Below, piece by piece: positions 18,938 through 27,975 of a DNA stretch of 64,000 bases. The notes under the pieces were generated by a model. The model searched no databases, had not been told where the DNA came from, and worked only from the letters and a program-made list of their open reading frames with translations. Made by a program: the position numbers and the translations under genes. This DNA comes from an uncultured Oscillospiraceae bacterium (GTDB taxonomy: Bacteria; Bacillota; Clostridia; Christensenellales; CAG-314): assembly GCA_964598315.1 (NCBI GenBank), contig CAZRBI010000002.1:25276-89275 (forward strand), written 5' to 3'. Within the stretch, counting starts at the first letter, position 1. Each line of letters begins with the position of its first letter.

Positions 18938-19175
18938 ATAAAAAAATGCAGGCGTTTGAAAAAACGCTCTGCAAAAAGAGTTGACCATTTCAAACGAGTA
19001 CGTTTGATCACTTGCACGACTGTGCATATGAACAAGTTATACCGCGCAACGTGATAACGGATTGCATGCCGTACCTGCCTACTGCTATTTCGGCAAGTCT
19101 ACTTACAAGGTGATAGCTTACAAAACGTCTCTCGTGCCTTTCACCGAGGCGGCACGCTCTCTGTGCAGACGGATT
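18938..19175 (-). promoter_or_regulatory. T-box-type leader with Ile (AUC) specifier and terminator
   Basis: On the minus strand: AGAGAG (19162-19157), GGTGA (19145-19141), ATC then A (19114-19112), F-box CCGTTA (19060-19055), a degenerate T-box AAATGGTCAACTC with UGGU (18990-18978), and a terminator stem with T-run (18972-18938). Confidence 0.6.
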
Positions 19176-19279
19176 TTGCAGTCTTGTCCTTGTTCGAACG
19201 TATTTACAGTGTAATTTTAACAAATATCTTGCATATTTGCAAGCAATTTTGTTTGAATAGCAAATTTTTGTTTTGCAAT

Positions 19280-19927
19280 TTACTTTTTCACGATTATAGT
19301 GCTTTGAAAATATTGTTCCTGAAAGTGCACGGCAGAGGCAATATCTTCTTTTGAATAGTTGTTTCCCGCAGGTGCCACAACCCATTTGTTTTCCACGTCG
19401 TTTGCTCTGACTATAACTGCAACAACTTCGCCCTTGAAACTTTCCACGGCATGGTCGACGCCCAACACGTAGGCGTCTTGAGCCTCGCCGTCACCGCCGA
19501 AAACTCCGTTGACAAAACCATAGTTTACGGGATACACAATATCTTCGTGTTCGGGGTGAACGCTACCAAGAGGCCTGTCCACAGTCACTTCCACCACGGC
19601 GCCCAACACGCTTTCGAAAGTTGTCGGGTCCGATTTTCCCCACAACGCGTTGTAGCATTCGCACGCTTTATCGTACTGTTTGTAGAGCACGAAAATTCGG
19701 TAGTAATTGGGCTCGTTTGTTTTGCTGTAACCGCCAAAAATCGGTTGCAAAAAGTATTCCACTCCGTTTTGACAAAAAACTTCCGCCAGCATCCGTTCCG
19801 ACAATTCCGACAACTCGACAAAAAACACAGCATCGCCGTTTTCGACGGGACGCGTTCCGCTTTCGCAGTACTCGCAAACGGCCGATACATTCAGCTTGCG
19901 GCATCTTTTACAAATTTGCATACTCAT
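19280..19927 (-). CDS. zinc-ribbon protein with an inorganic-diphosphatase-like C-terminal domain
   Basis: CKRC..CEYC at the N-terminus. VDRPLGSVHP...YPVNYGFV..GGDGEAQDAYVLG resembles the family I PPase acidic motif. Confidence 0.4.
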   Translation of the reverse strand: MSMQICKRCRKLNVSAVCEYCESGTRPVENGDAVFFVELSELSERMLAEVFCQNGVEYFLQPIFGGYSKTNEPNYYRIFVLYKQYDKACECYNALWGKSDPTTFESVLGAVVEVTVDRPLGSVHPEHEDIVYPVNYGFVNGVFGGDGEAQDAYVLGVDHAVESFKGEVVAVIVRANDVENKWVVAPAGNNYSKEDIASAVHFQEQYFQSTIIVKK

Positions 19928-20145
19928 CTTTTTTCGGTGTAGTCGGGTTTCTTTTGAATTTTGCGTTTTACTCCGCTTTCGTCCACAACATAGGTGTTAT
20001 CCAACGTTTGCAACAAGCCTTCGCGCCATTCGGCAAGATATTCTCCGCGCAATTTTGCTTGTTCGATTTTTTCTTCGTCGGTCAATCCTTCCGCCTTGGC
20101 TTTTCTTGCAAGTTGATTGATTCTTTCGATTTTTTCCTTGATCAT
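19924..20145 (-). CDS. DUF896/UPF0291 (YnzC-like) protein
   Basis: 73 aa, INQLARKAKAEGLTDEEKIEQAKLRGEYL. Confidence 0.75.
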   Translation of the reverse strand: MIKEKIERINQLARKAKAEGLTDEEKIEQAKLRGEYLAEWREGLLQTLDNTYVVDESGVKRKIQKKPDYTEKR

Positions 20146-20485
20146 AGTTGTTTCTCCGTTATAACGATAAAATTATAAAGCAATTTTTACAACAAGTCAA
20201 CAGTTAAGTGGTTGCAACGCATTTGACAAAAAACGTTTGTATTGCAAAACAAATTTACTTTGAAAAGTCTGCGGAACAACGTGCAATACTACGACTGTTT
20301 ATTCAATCTAAAACGTTGTTGAAAAGAATACAAAACAATTGACCAAAACACATGTTTGTTTTGAAAAACGACCGTTTTGGGCCACTACGTATGCCGTTTT
20401 TTTACACAATTGTATTTGGCAGAACAGAGCAAACAAACAATTCGACCTCTCTCGAATTGCAGATTTTCAATGCCCCGACGGACAA

Positions 20486-20520
20486 TCAAAAAGGTGTTCG
20501 ACACATTGGCCGAACACCCG
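20486..20520 (-). terminator. terminator after the SRP RNA
   Basis: GGGTGTTCG-loop-CGAACACC followed by TTTTTG on the minus strand. Confidence 0.65.
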
Positions 20521-20530
20521 AAAATTTCCA

Positions 20531-20800
20531 AATACTGTGCGTTGCAGTTGACAGTCTACGCCGGAACGGTATCCTCGCAGGTGGCTACTCCAAAGCAACC
20601 TTGTGGCACACGATTGTGCCGCTTAGTGCTGCTGTGTTCCCACCCTGACACGGTTCACGGAGTCACGTTGCACAAGACCTTGGGATCAACACTCCTTACG
20701 ATTTCCTGCCTCCAACGCAAAAAGCCGCCTGCAACATTCAGCCCCACTGTAGCGGATTGTAGGTAACAGGGCACCGCTAGCTCCCCGCCTAGCACAGTGT
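20531..20800 (-). ncRNA. ffs: signal recognition particle RNA, long Bacillus type with Alu domain
   Basis: On the minus strand, GTGCTAGGCGGGGAGCTAGCGGTGCCCTGTTACCTACAATCCGC (Alu domain) and GTCAGGGTGGGAACACAGCAGCACTAAG (domain IV). The 5-prime ACTGTGC pairs with the 3-prime GCACAGT. Confidence 0.9.
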
Positions 20801-20804
20801 AAGC

Positions 20805-20833
20805 ATTATAACGCATTTTTGGCAAAAAAGCAA
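20805..20833 (-). promoter_or_regulatory. sigma-A-type promoter of ffs
   Basis: TTGCTT-17 nt-TATAAT, about 7 nt upstream of the RNA 5-prime end. Confidence 0.6.
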
Positions 20834-21120
20834 GTATTTGCGACAACAACAAACCATTGCGACATCATTTTTCAAAAATTGTTCGATTTTTTTGTCGACG
20901 CCGGCCGTTTTGGCCGAATTGTTCACCTCGATAGCGCTTTTTCAAGTTTTCAAACGCAAAAAGTGCCACCGCAACCGCACAAACAAATTGCAAATGTAAA
21001 ATCAAACACAATTATATCAATTCGACGGCACTAATTTTATAAAACTGCAAAACAGTCGTAACGAGTCGACGCAATTTGATTTGCCGTCAACACAGGGCAA
21101 TACAACTGCAAAAGACAAAA

Positions 21121-21150
21121 TTGACATTGCTCTCTAACTTTTGCTATGAT
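21121..21150 (+). promoter_or_regulatory. near-consensus sigma-A promoter pointing antisense into sigE
   Basis: TTGACA-18 nt-TGcTATGAT. There is no plus-strand gene for the next 3.6 kb. Confidence 0.4.
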
Positions 21151-21197
21151 GCCGACAATCTTCCGTTGATTTGACAAAATATCGCAACACGCACACG

Positions 21198-21902
21198 CTA
21201 CACCATTTTGCTTATTTCTTTTTTCAATCGATAAATAATTTTCTTTTCCAAACGGGAAATATAAGATTGAGATATTCCAAGCATATCCGCAACTTCTTTT
21301 TGCGTGCGTTCGTCTTTGCCGTCCAGACCGAATCTCATTTGAATTATTTGTTGTTCCCTCTTTGTCAACCGCGAAAGTCCCTCCTCCAACAACTGACGCT
21401 CCACTTGCGTTTCCACATGGTTATACACGGCATCGGAATCGGTACCCAAAATATCCGCCAACAACAGTTCGTTACCCTCACCGTCCACGTTGAGCGGTTC
21501 GTCCAAACTGACTTCTTGCTTGCGCTTGGACAATTTGCGCAAATACATCAAAATTTCGTTTTCGATACATCTGCTTGCGTAGGTGGCCAATTTGATTTGT
21601 TTTTGCGGATTGAAACTGTTGACGGCCTTTATAAGCCCAATTGTGCCCACCGATACGAGATCCTCCATATCCAGACCGTTACTTTCGAATTTCTTTGCCA
21701 AAAACACAACCAGACGCAAATTGTGTTCCACCAAAATATCTTTTGCCTCGCAATTGCCGTCGACTACCTGCTGCAACAACTCTGCTTCCGTTTCGGGGTC
21801 CAGCGGATGCGGCAACACCTCCGTTCCGCAAAGATAGTGCACCGCTTTTTGAGATAGCGACAACGTTTCCAACAGTTTTTTCAACAATAACAACGGTTTC
21901 AT
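21198..21902 (-). CDS. sigE: sporulation sigma factor SigE (pro-sigma-E)
   Basis: Close parallel to B. subtilis SigE (NLRLVV..AKKFE, GTIGLIKAVNSFNP.K.IKLATYASRCIENEILMYLR, GISQSYISRLEK). It lies directly downstream of spoIIGA. Confidence 0.9.
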   Translation of the reverse strand: MKPLLLLKKLLETLSLSQKAVHYLCGTEVLPHPLDPETEAELLQQVVDGNCEAKDILVEHNLRLVVFLAKKFESNGLDMEDLVSVGTIGLIKAVNSFNPQKQIKLATYASRCIENEILMYLRKLSKRKQEVSLDEPLNVDGEGNELLLADILGTDSDAVYNHVETQVERQLLEEGLSRLTKREQQIIQMRFGLDGKDERTQKEVADMLGISQSYISRLEKKIIYRLKKEISKMV

Positions 21903-21916
21903 TTTCAAAACCTCCT

Positions 21917-22711
21917 TTACTTTTCTTGAACGTCGCAAAACACCGAATTCAAAATTACGTCATACTGTGTTTGACCTTTTACCGGAGAAAATGCCAACAA
22001 AATGCTGTGCTTTTTGCCGTGCATTTCCAACGTCGCATCTATCGCCACAACGCTTTTTCGTCCGACAAGTGTTTGCACTTCGACCGAAACGCTTTCTCCG
22101 CACAGAATTTTTTCGGCAAAACACTCTGCAATGTGTCCGTTTCGTTTTGCAAGAAAACACACGGGAACGCCGTTTTGAACAACGCTGTTTCCGCTGTCGC
22201 ATAAACCGCACATATCGTAAGACTTATCCAAATGCAATACTATTTTTTGCAAAAACGGAGCAACTTGTTTGCTTTTTACCACAAACGCATGCACTGCATA
22301 GCACATAACAACAACCGCCGCCACCGCCAAAAAGTACACGAACAGCGGCACGGGCATGTTGTAGTAAAAGCCGTCTTGCGTTGTGTAGTCGACGTTCAGC
22401 AAATTGAAAATACCAACGATTGCACCGCCGGTAACAAAGGTATATGTCAACGTGAGCAAAATATGCCAAAAAAGTTTTTTTCCGCGGCCGATTGAAACAA
22501 AGCACATTGCAAACAGACAAAACGCCTTTGCAACGCACAATATAACGCCGTTCAAATATACCGTTAGCAATGCAACGACCGTGCCAACCGTTGCTCCGAG
22601 AGCCAGTCGCCACCAACGAAAGCGTATTTTTAACGTCGTTGCTGAAAAAAACAACAACAAAAAATCCATGGTAAAGTTATCTAGGAATGCATACTCCACG
22701 TAGACGGTCAT
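21917..22711 (-). CDS. spoIIGA: sigma-E processing peptidase SpoIIGA
   Basis: Polytopic N-terminus, aspartic protease motif GLCDSGN, and position upstream of sigE. Confidence 0.85.
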   Translation of the reverse strand: MTVYVEYAFLDNFTMDFLLLFFSATTLKIRFRWWRLALGATVGTVVALLTVYLNGVILCVAKAFCLFAMCFVSIGRGKKLFWHILLTLTYTFVTGGAIVGIFNLLNVDYTTQDGFYYNMPVPLFVYFLAVAAVVVMCYAVHAFVVKSKQVAPFLQKIVLHLDKSYDMCGLCDSGNSVVQNGVPVCFLAKRNGHIAECFAEKILCGESVSVEVQTLVGRKSVVAIDATLEMHGKKHSILLAFSPVKGQTQYDVILNSVFCDVQEK

Positions 22712-23083
22712 GCGAGAATTTTACACTGCATCTTGGCAAAAATAGTGACAAAGTTTGTAGCAGACAAAAATAAAATGTCGGCAGAGCCGTAGCCACGTGA
22801 AAACGGTAAAGAGCTAGCTCGCTTGCCGAACAACTGCTTTGCACGGCAACAACAATGATTGGCGTTGTTCGAATAGTGTAAAACAAACATCAATACAAAT
22901 TCGCTATAGTTGCAACGTCACTCTCTACGAAAATCCTCTGTTGGATCAGACCTCTCCTCGGCGAAAACACAAAACATCAACCCCAAAACAATGTAACAAC
23001 GTGGCCGCAAGATAACAAAAAAAACACTCGAAATTCATTGAGAATTTGAGTGTTTTGTCGCAAAAACAGCTGTACGTTTGCAA

Positions 23084-23764
23084 TTATTCTTGACTTTTTA
23101 ATTGTTCAACTTCACGGAAGATTTCTCCGTTGACATAGGGCGTCGGGTCGGTAGCCACACCGTTTTGCGTCACTTCCAGATGCAAATGTGCGCCGTCGGA
23201 AAACTCGTACGATGCCGTTGTGGAAACAGTGCCAATCTTCTCGCCGCGTGCAACTTCTTGTCCCTTGACAACTTGAACGTCGCCCAATGACGCATAGGTT
23301 GCAACAACATTTTCGCCGTGGTCTATTTTCACAACGTTACCCATGCCATAACTTTCGTAAACGTCCACCACTGTGCCGTCGTACATCGAAACGACATCGG
23401 TGCCGTCGGTTGCGGCAAGATCCAACGCCTTGTGTGTGCTCCAATAGTTGAGCGTTTTGTTGAAAACCGAAACTTCTTCGGAATACTGCATTGTCACGGA
23501 AGTATAATCGACAGGTGATTGAAAATACACTTTCACCGTGGACGGAACGGGATCGTCAGGAGTGGGTTTCACAACGGGATCCTCGTTGTCGTCATCGGGA
23601 TTAGGTTTTACAACAGGGTTGTCGTCGGGCAATTCCGTGCTGTTTGTCAACGTGACCGCCAACACAACCGAAGCTATTGCCACAAGGCAAAATATTATCA
23701 GCAGAAGTGCGGCATTGTTTTTCAAAAATCGTGTAAACTTGCTTGTTTGTTTTGTAGAATTCAT
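23084..23764 (-). CDS. M23/LytM-family metallopeptidase, membrane anchored (SpoIIQ-like architecture)
   Basis: N-terminal TM, Pro/Asp-rich linker, HKALDLAA...DHGENVVATYASL...GAHLHLEV. Confidence 0.8.
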   Translation of the reverse strand: MNSTKQTSKFTRFLKNNAALLLIIFCLVAIASVVLAVTLTNSTELPDDNPVVKPNPDDDNEDPVVKPTPDDPVPSTVKVYFQSPVDYTSVTMQYSEEVSVFNKTLNYWSTHKALDLAATDGTDVVSMYDGTVVDVYESYGMGNVVKIDHGENVVATYASLGDVQVVKGQEVARGEKIGTVSTTASYEFSDGAHLHLEVTQNGVATDPTPYVNGEIFREVEQLKSQE

Positions 23765-23847
23765 TGTTAGCCTCCGTTTTGTTTGTAGGAATTGTTTCCT
23801 TGTTAACTTGAAAATATACGTTGTTTTTTTGTTTTAGTTGAAAAAAA

Positions 23848-24306
23848 TCAATAGCTGTCCAATATCAACGGCGAACCCAATGTGATTGTCGTGCCGTCGA
23901 ATGCCATTTGCACGTTGACTTTTCTTCCATCCAAATACACACCACCGCAAATTCCGTCGCTGAAACCGCTTATCACCGTCAAACCGTCCAACACGACGCA
24001 TTCTACCGACTGCAACCGCAACTGACGTTGTAGTTTGTCGAAAGTCTGCTCGTCACCGCAAAATTTGACACTGATGCCGTCTATGCCGTTGCAATAAGAA
24101 AGAAATTCTTGCAAGCGTTCGGCATCACATTGCACAAAATTGCCGCAACCGACGTTGACGCAAGGCAACTCCGTTTGTTTGCAACATATTGTGACAATTG
24201 CGTCTTGCGGCAAAAATTTGGCATATACAATTGGATTTTTCGGTACGAATACGGCCATAACGCCGAGAAGTGCCACTGAAACAGTGATCAAAAACATTTT
24301 TTTCAT
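23848..24306 (-). CDS. hypothetical membrane-anchored or secreted protein
   Basis: N-terminal hydrophobic segment. No recognised motif. Confidence 0.4.
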   Translation of the reverse strand: MKKMFLITVSVALLGVMAVFVPKNPIVYAKFLPQDAIVTICCKQTELPCVNVGCGNFVQCDAERLQEFLSYCNGIDGISVKFCGDEQTFDKLQRQLRLQSVECVVLDGLTVISGFSDGICGGVYLDGRKVNVQMAFDGTTITLGSPLILDSY

Positions 24307-24543
24307 TTCAAAACGATTGTTGACATATCGCCGCAAAAATATACTCAAAAAAATTTGCAACCAAAGAAAAGCCAACGTACGCTTTGCCTACTTTTGAAAA
24401 TTGCAGCAACGTAAGCTGCACCGACGTTCTTCGCCGCATTGCGGCAAACGATCCGTCGCCCGACAATTGCAACACACCACCAAGCCGCTACACTTTTTCA
24501 CAAAAATCATTGAAAAGATTTTCACAATGTGTACAATGATGTC

Positions 24544-24737
24544 GGCGTACAATTTAATAGACAAACAGTGACGAACAAGGGGTATATTATACCTTTTTTT
24601 TCGGAATACGCCCAATGTATCAATTTGCAAAAATGCAGATTTCAAATGGGAGTATTCGTCATTCCTGTTAAATTGTACGCCATACAACGAGGTCTGCGTT
24701 TTGGTGCGTCGACTTCGGTTGGCGCACTTTTTATTTT
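24544..24737 (+). promoter_or_regulatory. structured 5-prime leader with a terminator immediately upstream of the RBS (riboswitch/attenuator-like, class unknown)
   Basis: 13-bp perfect long-range stem GGCGTACAATTTA (24544-24556) / TAAATTGTACGCC (24669-24681). 11-bp UUCG-looped stem at 24703-24728 followed by TTTTTATTTT. AGGAGG at 24738. Confidence 0.5.
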
Positions 24738-24749
24738 AGGAGGAAAAAC

Positions 24750-26173
24750 ATGAAAAAGACAATCTGCATTATTCTCACATTGCTGTTGTTGACATCTGTG
24801 TGGGTTCTTTGCGCGTGCCATGAACATCAATTCGGCGAGTGGTCGGTCACAAAAGAGCCCACTTGCACACAAGACGGCGAAAAAACACAAACTTGCGAGT
24901 GCGGCGAAAAGAAAACACAAACTATCGCTGCCGGCGCCACACCTTTGGCAACTGGCAAGACACAACGCCTGCAAGCTGCACGTCCGACGGAACGCAACAA
25001 CGCACTTGCACTGCTTGCGGAGAGGTTGAATCTCAACCAATTGCCGCAACAGGCCATAAAGAAGGGGAATGGATAACAGACAGCGAACCTACTTGTACAA
25101 ATTCCGGAAGCAAACATCAAGTCTGTTCTATATGCGGCGAAACAATAAATACAAGCTCCATTGCAGCAACAGGCCACACCTTTGGCAACTGGCAAGACAC
25201 AACGCCTGCAAGCTGCACGTCTGCCGGAACACAACAACGCACTTGCACTGCTTGCGGAAAGGTTGAAACGCAACCAATTGCCGCAACAGGCCATAAAGAA
25301 GGGGAATGGCTGACGGACGTGGAACCAACGTCTATGACGACAGGAAGCAAACACCTGGCATGTTCGGTTTGCGGAGAGACACTGAAAACTCAATCGATTC
25401 CGAAAATCGAAATCGAATTTGAGCGTCTTGTCGTAGCAGAAAACGACGAATGTTCCGTTTCTGTGACCAAGATTAACCCAACCTACCTTTTGGGCTACCA
25501 ATTGGAATTTGAATTGGAAAACAAATCGGCAGACAAAACATACAGATTTTACATTTCGGAGATTTACATTAACGAAGTTCGATCTTCCGGTATACTTTCC
25601 GAAAAAGTGGCTCCGGGGAAAAAGTCTATTGAAAAACTGACACTAAGCGACACCGACGATCTGCTGAAAAACGGCATTGGTGATTTTGCAGACATCGAGT
25701 TATTGCTACGTGTTTATGACAGCGACGACTGGCTGGCAGACGACGTGCTTAACGAAAGTGTCCACGTGTATCCTTACGGTGAAGAAAATGCAGCCAAATA
25801 CGTCAGACCTGTTAGCGAGACCGACAACGTTGTGGTTGACAACAAGTACGTCACCATAATTGTGACGGGATACGATCACCGTGCGATTAGCGGCTACATA
25901 GTCAACTTGTTTGTTGTTAACAAAACAACAGACACAAAGATCATGTTCACAACCGACGAAGAGTCCATCAACGGATTGATGATAAGCACTTATTGGTCAC
26001 AAGCACTCACGGCAGGAAACTGCGCTTTCGAATCGATTTCTTGGTCGGACAGCAAACTGGAAGAAAACGGCATTTCCGCGGTTGAAACAATTGAATTGCT
26101 GTTCCGTGCATACGATTACAACCACTGGCTAGAAGACGACTTCGCCAACGAGACGGTGACGTTGAATCCCTAG
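24750..26173 (+). pseudogene. Cys-repeat lipoprotein, frameshifted near 24931-24938
   Basis: Signal peptide with lipobox (VLCAC). Repeats of H.FG.W....P.CT..G....C..CG......I...GH. The reading frame jumps from frame 0 (ORF 24750-25076) to frame 2 (ORF 24839-26173) at CCGGCGCC. Confidence 0.7.
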
Positions 26174-26249
26174 AGGTTGCCAAGTGAACCTATTTACAGC
26201 TGAACATCACCATGTGCGCCACGTTATCAGCCGACAAATAGTGACAACA

Positions 26250-26286
26250 AAAAGTGCTCGCATCTCATCGATGCGAGCATTTTTTG
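26250..26286. terminator. bidirectional terminator
   Basis: 10-bp stem TGCTCGCATC/GATGCGAGCA flanked by A and T runs. Confidence 0.65.
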
Positions 26287-26307
26287 AATATATTTTACAA
26301 GCGAAAC

Positions 26308-27500
26308 TTATCCGCAGTACATGAACCCGGCAAACGTCACTTCTTGCCAAATGTCTTTTAGCATCCGTCCGTCGATGTTGGCTTTGGTTTCAAAATCGTG
26401 CCGCGAAGCGTATTCTTGACGCATATGTTCCGAGCCGAACAATATCGTATGCTTCGCCGTCAAACATACTTCGTACATTACGTTGTTGTGAGTGAACAAC
26501 ATTTCGCTATAAAAATACAAACCGTTAACACGTTGAACGTAGCCTTGAACGGTTGCCCGTTTTTGTACTGTTTCCGCGCCGTTGTGGGCGTAACAAGCAT
26601 GGGATAGCTGATTCCCAAATCTTGTTCAAACTTTTCTTCGTCCTTGCTGAATTTCCAACCACATTTTGGACACTCTCCGTTTCCGTACTGATCTTGTAAA
26701 GCTGCGGCACCGCAAATTGAACACTTGACCACTTGATCTTTTACGTAAGGATCGTCGTACCGGAAAAATTTGAAATCTTTAGGGTTTAGCCCCGAAACGT
26801 TTCTGTTGCGTTTTTCCCACTTAAAGTGTGCCAAATCTTTCCAATTCAAATCTTTTGTCCACTCGTAGGTTGTTGGCAAAAACTCTTTGATATTACCGCC
26901 CATTTGCGGAAACGGTTCGTCGTAACACAACACAATACTTGGCTTTATTCGTTTCAGCATTTCGTTATAGCCCAGCATAAAGTCATCTTCGCAATTTTCT
27001 CTGCAATAGGTGGAAACGGCCACAATCGAGCCTTCTTCGATACCGTCAAAACAAAAATCGAAGCTGTGTTTATCTCCCCAACTGATGGTGGGAATAACTT
27101 TTAGACCTTTGCTTTGCCAATAGGCACCGCACCAACGGTTTTTGAAAACACTTTCTATTTGCAACGCAATCGGCATGTTTGTGAATATGGAAAAATCGGG
27201 CGACAGCAAACAGTAGTAATGACTTAATTTTTCCAATTCGGCATCGGCATTGTCGTAGACTTTTTCAAACTTCCAATCGTACGTGAAAAAATGTACGGTT
27301 TTGCGTTTGCTTTCGGCATCGTTAAGTTTTGCGTTTTCGTAACTTAAGAATGCAATTTTGTCAACGTCAATATTTTGTTTGCGAATTATGGGAAAATCGA
27401 ACTTTCCACACGAATTGTTGTGATACAAAAATTCGTTACGCACCAACCGTTGTTTTTTCTTTTGCTTTTCAATTTCGTATTCAGTTAAAACTTTTGTCAT
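26308..27500 (-). pseudogene. DUF4417-domain protein with C-terminal zinc ribbon; apparent frameshift in the last third
   Basis: VHFFTYDWKFEKVYDN...LLSPDFS...NRWCGAYWQSKGLKVIPTISW pattern and CSICG..CPKCG. The 340-aa frame ends in junk (NVLTVCIFIAKCCSLTTT), while an overlapping frame stays open from ~26637 to 26308. Confidence 0.55.
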
Positions 27501-27512
27501 CCTGTTCTCCGC

Positions 27513-27899
27513 CTAGTTAAAACGTTCAAAATCGGGTTCCGCTCCGTCGACAGCTCTTTTGGGACACCCATTTATCCATTCCCACCCGTGGTCGTGTGGA
27601 AAAAAGTGATCGTGAAACGTATTTTGGTGAATATAATCTCTATTTCTGACAACATTGCCTTTTTCGTCAAACCAACGACTTTGAATTTTTTCTCCGTTTA
27701 TGTACAAATCGTACCTTGCGTTTGGTTTAGCTCCTTTTGTGGGCAAGTCCCCACTTCTGCCATCAACTCTTTCAACTGTTCTATTTGGTACACCGCCTGC
27801 CCCATCGTACTTTCCTCCTTTGATTCCACATTTTAAACTATAAGAAGTAAATCTTTTGCCTTGCGGCAAAACATTTGCAAAACTGTTGTTTTGCCACAA
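27513..27899 (-). CDS. His-rich toxin/phage-like fragment with no ATG start
   Basis: RYDLYINGEKIQSRWFDEKGNVVRNRDYIHQNTFHDHFFPHDHGWEW. The only in-frame start is a TTG buried in a hairpin of the repeat element. Confidence 0.35.
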   Translation of the reverse strand: MWQNNSFANVLPQGKRFTSYSLKCGIKGGKYDGAGGVPNRTVERVDGRSGDLPTKGAKPNARYDLYINGEKIQSRWFDEKGNVVRNRDYIHQNTFHDHFFPHDHGWEWINGCPKRAVDGAEPDFERFN

Positions 27900-27975
27900 A
27901 ACTTACGTTTTGTGCTTCAAGTATGTAAAACGGCGGCGTTCGCACTCCTTGCATCATGCAATATCGGCGAACTAA
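27834..27975 (-). ncRNA. conserved structured element, copy 1 (three tandem hairpins)
   Basis: 118/118-nt alignment with 49314-49432 has 7 substitutions, all structure-neutral on the minus strand. Upstream promoter TTGCAT-18 nt-TGaTATAAT (28028-27999). Confidence 0.5.

Noticed and set aside
23084-23764. Calling the M23 peptidase SpoIIQ
   Set aside because: The architecture (TM, linker, LytM) and the sporulation neighbourhood are suggestive but not diagnostic. It is kept as a generic M23 call.
24940-25315. The 135-bp near-identical repeats as a DGR template/variable repeat pair
   Set aside because: No reverse transcriptase lies nearby, the few differences are not adenine-specific, and both copies lie in frame within one repeat protein.
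27855-27913. GTTTTG/CAAAAC repeats as a mini CRISPR array
   Set aside because: The units are 7-8 nt arms of three adjacent hairpins. There are no 25-40 nt repeats with unique spacers and no cas genes.
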